DNA from: an archaeon BMS3Bbin15
GTDB lineage: Archaea; Hydrothermarchaeota; Hydrothermarchaeia; Hydrothermarchaeales; BMS3B
Direction: 5' to 3'
Length of the DNA stretch: 64,000 bases
NCBI GenBank assembly: GCA_002897955.1
Contig: BDTY01000050.1
Coordinates: 2,641 to 66,640, forward strand
How positions within the stretch are numbered: the stretch's first letter is position 1; each line of letters begins with the position of its first letter. Position numbers and translations under genes: made by a program. A model generated the notes under the pieces. It saw only the letters and a program-made list of their open reading frames with translations, did not search any database and was not told the origin of the DNA. Shown here piece by piece: positions 60,023-64,000 of the stretch.

Positions 60023-62818
60023 ATGAATGAAAAAGAAACTAGAGAGCAGTTAATAGACAAACAGTTAAAAACTGCTGGATGGCTTAAGAAGTATATTAAA
60101 GAAGAAGTAAATTCTGTTAAATCTAATTTTAAAACTAAGGAATATGTGCTGTCTCAAGGTAGAGAGGATAATTCTGGAAGATTTATAGATTACTTACTGC
60201 TGGCTGAAGATAATAGTCCAATTGCTTTAATTGAAGCAAAAAAATTCTCTGTTTCAGAAGATAAAGGAAGGGCTCAATCAAGAACTTATCTTAAAAATAT
60301 TGAATCTCAAACAAAGGAGAAAATTCCGATTTTTTTAACTAATGGTAATAAATGGCTTCTTATAACTCAGGACGGAGTTGAGAGTTATGTTAGCGGACCT
60401 TTTTCTCAATCTGACTTAAAGAGAAGAATGGAACTTTTTAGGAAGAGAAGAGACCCGACTAAAATAAACATTGGGAAGATTGTAGATAGACCAAAGAGCA
60501 TTCTTATTGTAAAACAAATGATGGAACATATTCAGATTGGGTATAAATCTGCTTTAATCAATATGGCTACTGGAACAGGAAAAACAAGAGTTGCTATGGC
60601 TGTGATTGATGTTCTTTTAAGGTCAAATATTGTAAGAAATGTTTTATTCATTGCTGATAGAATTGCATTGGCTAATCAGGCAAAATCTGCTGGCTTCAAG
60701 GAGTTTTTTTCTGAGGCAGTTGTTGATTTAAGAGAAAGTCCGAAGAGTTTTCCAAATGGACTATATGTTTCAACAGTTCAAACGTTAAGGAGTGGGAAAA
60801 CTAAGAAATTTTTTGAAAGTTTTAGTCCTGGCTTTTTTGATTTGATTATTTTTGATGAAGCCCACAGGTCAATTTATGATCCAAATAGATTAATTTATAA
60901 ATATTTTGATGCAATAAAAATAGGTCTTACAGCAACACCCTCAACAGCCGAAAGTAGAAACACTTATGAGTTATTTGAATGTGAGGGAGATAAGCCAACA
61001 GTTGAATATTCTTATGATGAAGCTATAAGAGATGGAGTTTTAGTTCCATATAACGCAGAGATGATTGATACAAAGATTCTTTCGTTAGGAATAGACGGGG
61101 CAAGTTTAACAAGACAGCTTCAAGACCAATTAAGAAAACAGGAAGAAGACCCAAATTATACTATGCTTCCAGGTTCTTCATTCGCTAAGGTTTTCATGGA
61201 TGATAAAACCAATGAGTTAGTAATTAGGGAGTTTATGAATAGGTGCTACAAATCTGATGAAGGAAAACCTGCAAAAACGATTTTCTTTTGTGCAAATATC
61301 AAACATGCAGAGCATATCAAGAAAATTTTTAATAAGTTATTTCCTGCTGTAAGTAATGAAGTTCAAATGATTGTTTCTGATATATATAGGTATACTGACG
61401 AGATTTCAAGATTCAAACTTGATTCCGAGCCAAGAATTGCTTTGTCTGTTGGTGTTTTAGATACTGGAATTGATATTCCAGAAGTATGCAATTTAGTTTT
61501 TGCAAAACCTGTTTTTTCAGGAATAAGGTTCTGGCAAATGCTCGGAAGAGGAACTAGAAACTTAAGATCATGTAAACATAAGGAATGGCTTCCAAACAGA
61601 GAGAAAAACGATTTTTTGATTTTAGACTTTACTATTGGCGGACATTCAAATATAAAATATCATCATCTTAAAGAAGCTAAAGAGAGAAAACCTGGAACAG
61701 ACACTCTTACAAAAATTTTCTTGAATAGGGTTGAATTATTAAAGAAAGGATTAAATGCTAAACAGAAAGAATTTGTTGAAACTAAAATTGTTTATGAAGT
61801 TGATTCTTTAGATAAGGATTCTTTTATTGTAAGAGAAAAACTTCCGTTAATTAATAATATTTTAGATACTGTAAAAAATCCCTCAACCCCTATGATTGTT
61901 GCAGAGAGAACTGCTGAATATGGTGAAAAGGTTAAGAAAAGAGTGCAAAGAAAGTTTGATTTAAAAGATTACGTCAATGAATTAAGAAACGAAATTGCTC
62001 CTCTTATTTCATTAAATCCTGGAAAGAATCCTCTTGTTTCTTCATTTATTCTTCAAGTTGAAAAATTGTTTAAGTTTATCTTAGATGATGATAAAGATGG
62101 AATATATAAAATTCAAGAACATGTAAAGGAAAATATGGAGAATATTTTGCAGAAAGATAATTTAGAAGCCGTGCAAGAAAAGAAGGAAGATATTTTGAAA
62201 GTTTTTCAAGAGAATTTCTGGGATGAATTGACTTTTGAAGATGTTGAATTTATTATAATTGAGCTTGCTCCATTGATGGTTTATTATGAAAAAAATCCTA
62301 AGAGGATGCTTCAAGTTGATGCTCCTGATATAATTTTGAAAGTTGAGGAATTCAAAAAAGAAGTCAAGGAAGATGAAGAATTAAAAAAATTCTTAGAGAC
62401 AAACTCTCTTGTTAATAAGATTAGGAAAGGAGAAGGTATTACTCCTTCTGAGCTTCTTGAGTTAGAAAAGCAATTAAGCGCATTGAGACCTGAGATGACT
62501 ATTGACAATGTTCAGAGAATTCTAAAGATTGACTTCTTGCTCTTCATAAGAGAGATATTGAGTTTAAAGCAGGAATATGACCCTCGCGTTTTGATAGAAA
62601 GAGAATTTAATAAACATATTATTGAGAAAAATCAGAATTATACTTCTGAGCAGATTAAGTTTTTGCAGATTTTGAAAAAGGTTTTTGCTCGAACTAAACA
62701 CATTGAATTAAAGGATTTTACTGTTCCGCCTCTTTCTAATGAAAGACCTCTTGACAAGTTTCAGGATTCTGAGTTGCAGAAGATAGTTATTGAGTGTAAT
62801 AAGATTAAGATGATGTGA
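60023..62818 (+). CDS. type I restriction enzyme HsdR-like nuclease-helicase (no adjacent hsdM/hsdS in the window)
   Basis: 931 aa. The N-terminus (TREQLIDKQLKTAGW, then D...IEAKK) is a PD-(D/E)xK nuclease. SF2 helicase motifs I MATGTGKT, II FDEAH, III LTATP, VI QMLGRGTR. The C-terminal 370 aa are K/E-rich and unassigned. Confidence 0.7.
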   Translation: MNEKETREQLIDKQLKTAGWLKKYIKEEVNSVKSNFKTKEYVLSQGREDNSGRFIDYLLLAEDNSPIALIEAKKFSVSEDKGRAQSRTYLKNIESQTKEKIPIFLTNGNKWLLITQDGVESYVSGPFSQSDLKRRMELFRKRRDPTKINIGKIVDRPKSILIVKQMMEHIQIGYKSALINMATGTGKTRVAMAVIDVLLRSNIVRNVLFIADRIALANQAKSAGFKEFFSEAVVDLRESPKSFPNGLYVSTVQTLRSGKTKKFFESFSPGFFDLIIFDEAHRSIYDPNRLIYKYFDAIKIGLTATPSTAESRNTYELFECEGDKPTVEYSYDEAIRDGVLVPYNAEMIDTKILSLGIDGASLTRQLQDQLRKQEEDPNYTMLPGSSFAKVFMDDKTNELVIREFMNRCYKSDEGKPAKTIFFCANIKHAEHIKKIFNKLFPAVSNEVQMIVSDIYRYTDEISRFKLDSEPRIALSVGVLDTGIDIPEVCNLVFAKPVFSGIRFWQMLGRGTRNLRSCKHKEWLPNREKNDFLILDFTIGGHSNIKYHHLKEAKERKPGTDTLTKIFLNRVELLKKGLNAKQKEFVETKIVYEVDSLDKDSFIVREKLPLINNILDTVKNPSTPMIVAERTAEYGEKVKKRVQRKFDLKDYVNELRNEIAPLISLNPGKNPLVSSFILQVEKLFKFILDDDKDGIYKIQEHVKENMENILQKDNLEAVQEKKEDILKVFQENFWDELTFEDVEFIIIELAPLMVYYEKNPKRMLQVDAPDIILKVEEFKKEVKEDEELKKFLETNSLVNKIRKGEGITPSELLELEKQLSALRPEMTIDNVQRILKIDFLLFIREILSLKQEYDPRVLIEREFNKHIIEKNQNYTSEQIKFLQILKKVFARTKHIELKDFTVPPLSNERPLDKFQDSELQKIVIECNKIKMM

Positions 62819-62881
62819 ATTTGTAAACTTAAGTTTACAAATATAAGAAGCTTTATAAAGTACTTTGAATAACCTTCTATT

Positions 62882-63283
62882 ATGGCAATAGAAAAATGGG
62901 ATAATAAGTATGATGTTAAGACGGTATCAGCCAAACTTACTCAAAGAGATTTTTCTCATTTTAAGGATTATTGTGATAAAAAAGGCGTGAAAGTTTCTAC
63001 CCAACTTAAACAATTGATAAAGCAAGAGATTGATAATCCTATTTCTGTTAATGTCGCAGGAAAAAGTTTGTTTGTATATAATCCTGCAAGAGATAATTTC
63101 AGCTGGAGAGCAATTTTAGATAAGGGAATTATATCTTATATTGAAGATGATTTAAATTTTGAGTTTTTATCACAGTTAAAGGAAGCAATAGATAAAGCAA
63201 TAGATGAAAGAAACACATTCATTCAGAAGACAAAAGATGATTCTGTTTCAATACCAGGGCAGATTGTGAGGAGGGGGTTATGA
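62882..63283 (+). CDS. hypothetical protein
   Basis: 133 aa, AT-rich. Its stop overlaps the start of the next gene (ATGA). Confidence 0.3.
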   Translation: MAIEKWDNKYDVKTVSAKLTQRDFSHFKDYCDKKGVKVSTQLKQLIKQEIDNPISVNVAGKSLFVYNPARDNFSWRAILDKGIISYIEDDLNFEFLSQLKEAIDKAIDERNTFIQKTKDDSVSIPGQIVRRGL

Positions 63284-64000
63284 AAGAAGAATTAATAGTT
63301 TCAAATAATTCAATTAAAGATAAAATTCATACAATCAGAGGGCTTCAGGTAATACTTGATAGTGATTTAGCTGTACTTTATGATGTTCCAACAAAAGTAT
63401 TAAATCAAGCAGTCAAAAGAAACATTGATAGATTTCCTATAGATTTTATGTTTCAGCTAACAAAAGGAGAAGCAAAAAACTTGATGTCGCAAAATGCGAC
63501 TTCAACTATTTTTAGTTTAAGGTCACAAATTGTGACCATAAAAAATAAAAGAGGCGCTCATAGAAAATATTTACAATACGTTTTCACTGAACAAGGCGTT
63601 GCTATGCTCTCTGGAATTCTGAGAAGTAAGAAGGCGATTGAAGTGAGTATTCAGATAATGAGAGCTTTTATTTCAATGCGTAAATTTATTTTTCAAAATG
63701 CTGAAATATTTAGAAGGTTAGATACTGTTGAAAGAAAACAATTAGAATCTCAAATAAAAACAGATAAAAATTTTGAACGAATTTTTGAGGCAATTGAAAG
63801 TAAAGAACTTGTTAAAAAACAAGGGCTCTTTTTTGACGGACAGATATTTGATGCTTATAAGTTTGTTTCTGATTTAATAAGAAGCGCAAAAAAATCAATT
63901 GTGTTAATTGATAATTTCGTTGATGATTCTGTTTTGACATTGTTTTCTAAAAGAAGAATTAATGTGGGTGTGGTAATTTATACAAAAATCATCACAAAAC
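63280..64000 (+). CDS. ORF6N-domain protein (phage antirepressor N-terminal-like), 3' end outside window
   Basis: This ORF is not in the supplied track because it runs off the window. ATG at 63280 is preceded by GAGGAGGGGG. The N-terminus (IRGLQVILDSDLAVLYDVPTKVLNQAVKRNIDRFPIDFMF ... RSQIVT...RGAHRKY..YVFTEQGVAMLSGIL) matches the ORF6N/KilA-N-like fold. Confidence 0.55.
   Translation, partial: MKEELIVSNNSIKDKIHTIRGLQVILDSDLAVLYDVPTKVLNQAVKRNIDRFPIDFMFQLTKGEAKNLMSQNATSTIFSLRSQIVTIKNKRGAHRKYLQYVFTEQGVAMLSGILRSKKAIEVSIQIMRAFISMRKFIFQNAEIFRRLDTVERKQLESQIKTDKNFERIFEAIESKELVKKQGLFFDGQIFDAYKFVSDLIRSAKKSIVLIDNFVDDSVLTLFSKRRINVGVVIYTKIITK

Noticed and set aside
1-64000. CRISPR arrays or cas genes
   Set aside because: No regularly spaced direct repeats of 24-40 bp and no Cas-like ORFs were seen anywhere in the window.

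Overview
This 64 kb window reads as a contiguous archaeal (euryarchaeal, methanogen/Archaeoglobi-like) chromosome segment. The core genes are DNA polymerase D (DP1 and DP2) next to cdc6/orc1, with an AT-rich ORB-bearing putative replication origin upstream of cdc6. The DP2 gene carries a mini-intein. Other core genes are an A-type ATP synthase partial operon (E-F-A-B-D), TBP, aIF2-beta, aIF5A-agmatinase, GlyRS, G1P dehydrogenase, glutamine synthetase, HisF/HisH, CofE (so F420 is present), Ni-CODH CooS, Tfx, SepF, ZPR1 and Nip7-like. Three tRNAs are present: Gly-GCC, Ala-GGC, and an initiator Met with A1:U72. The first ~14 kb is a mosaic heavy-metal island: a MerA C-terminus at the window edge, a glycosyltransferase plus B12-radical-SAM pair, an IS4/IS1634-like transposase, a NYN/OST-HTH protein, and arsR-arsD-arsA divergent from ACR3 with tRNA-Gly and a crtI-like gene remnant between them. 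A second metal locus at 48.2-51.2 kb encodes MerB, an ArsR-type regulator with a shared palindromic operator (ATCATATGAT), a thioredoxin-like protein, a MerF/MerT-like CC-motif transporter, a Cys-rich-domain-HMA CopZ-like fusion, and YnfA. A MiaB/MtaB-like methylthiotransferase carries a single -1 frameshift in a G-run. The last ~4.3 kb (59.7-64 kb) is strongly AT-rich and encodes a lone HsdR-like nuclease-helicase, a small unknown protein, and a translationally coupled ORF6N-domain protein. I consider this the best candidate in the window for an undescribed defence or mobile module. No CRISPR array was seen.
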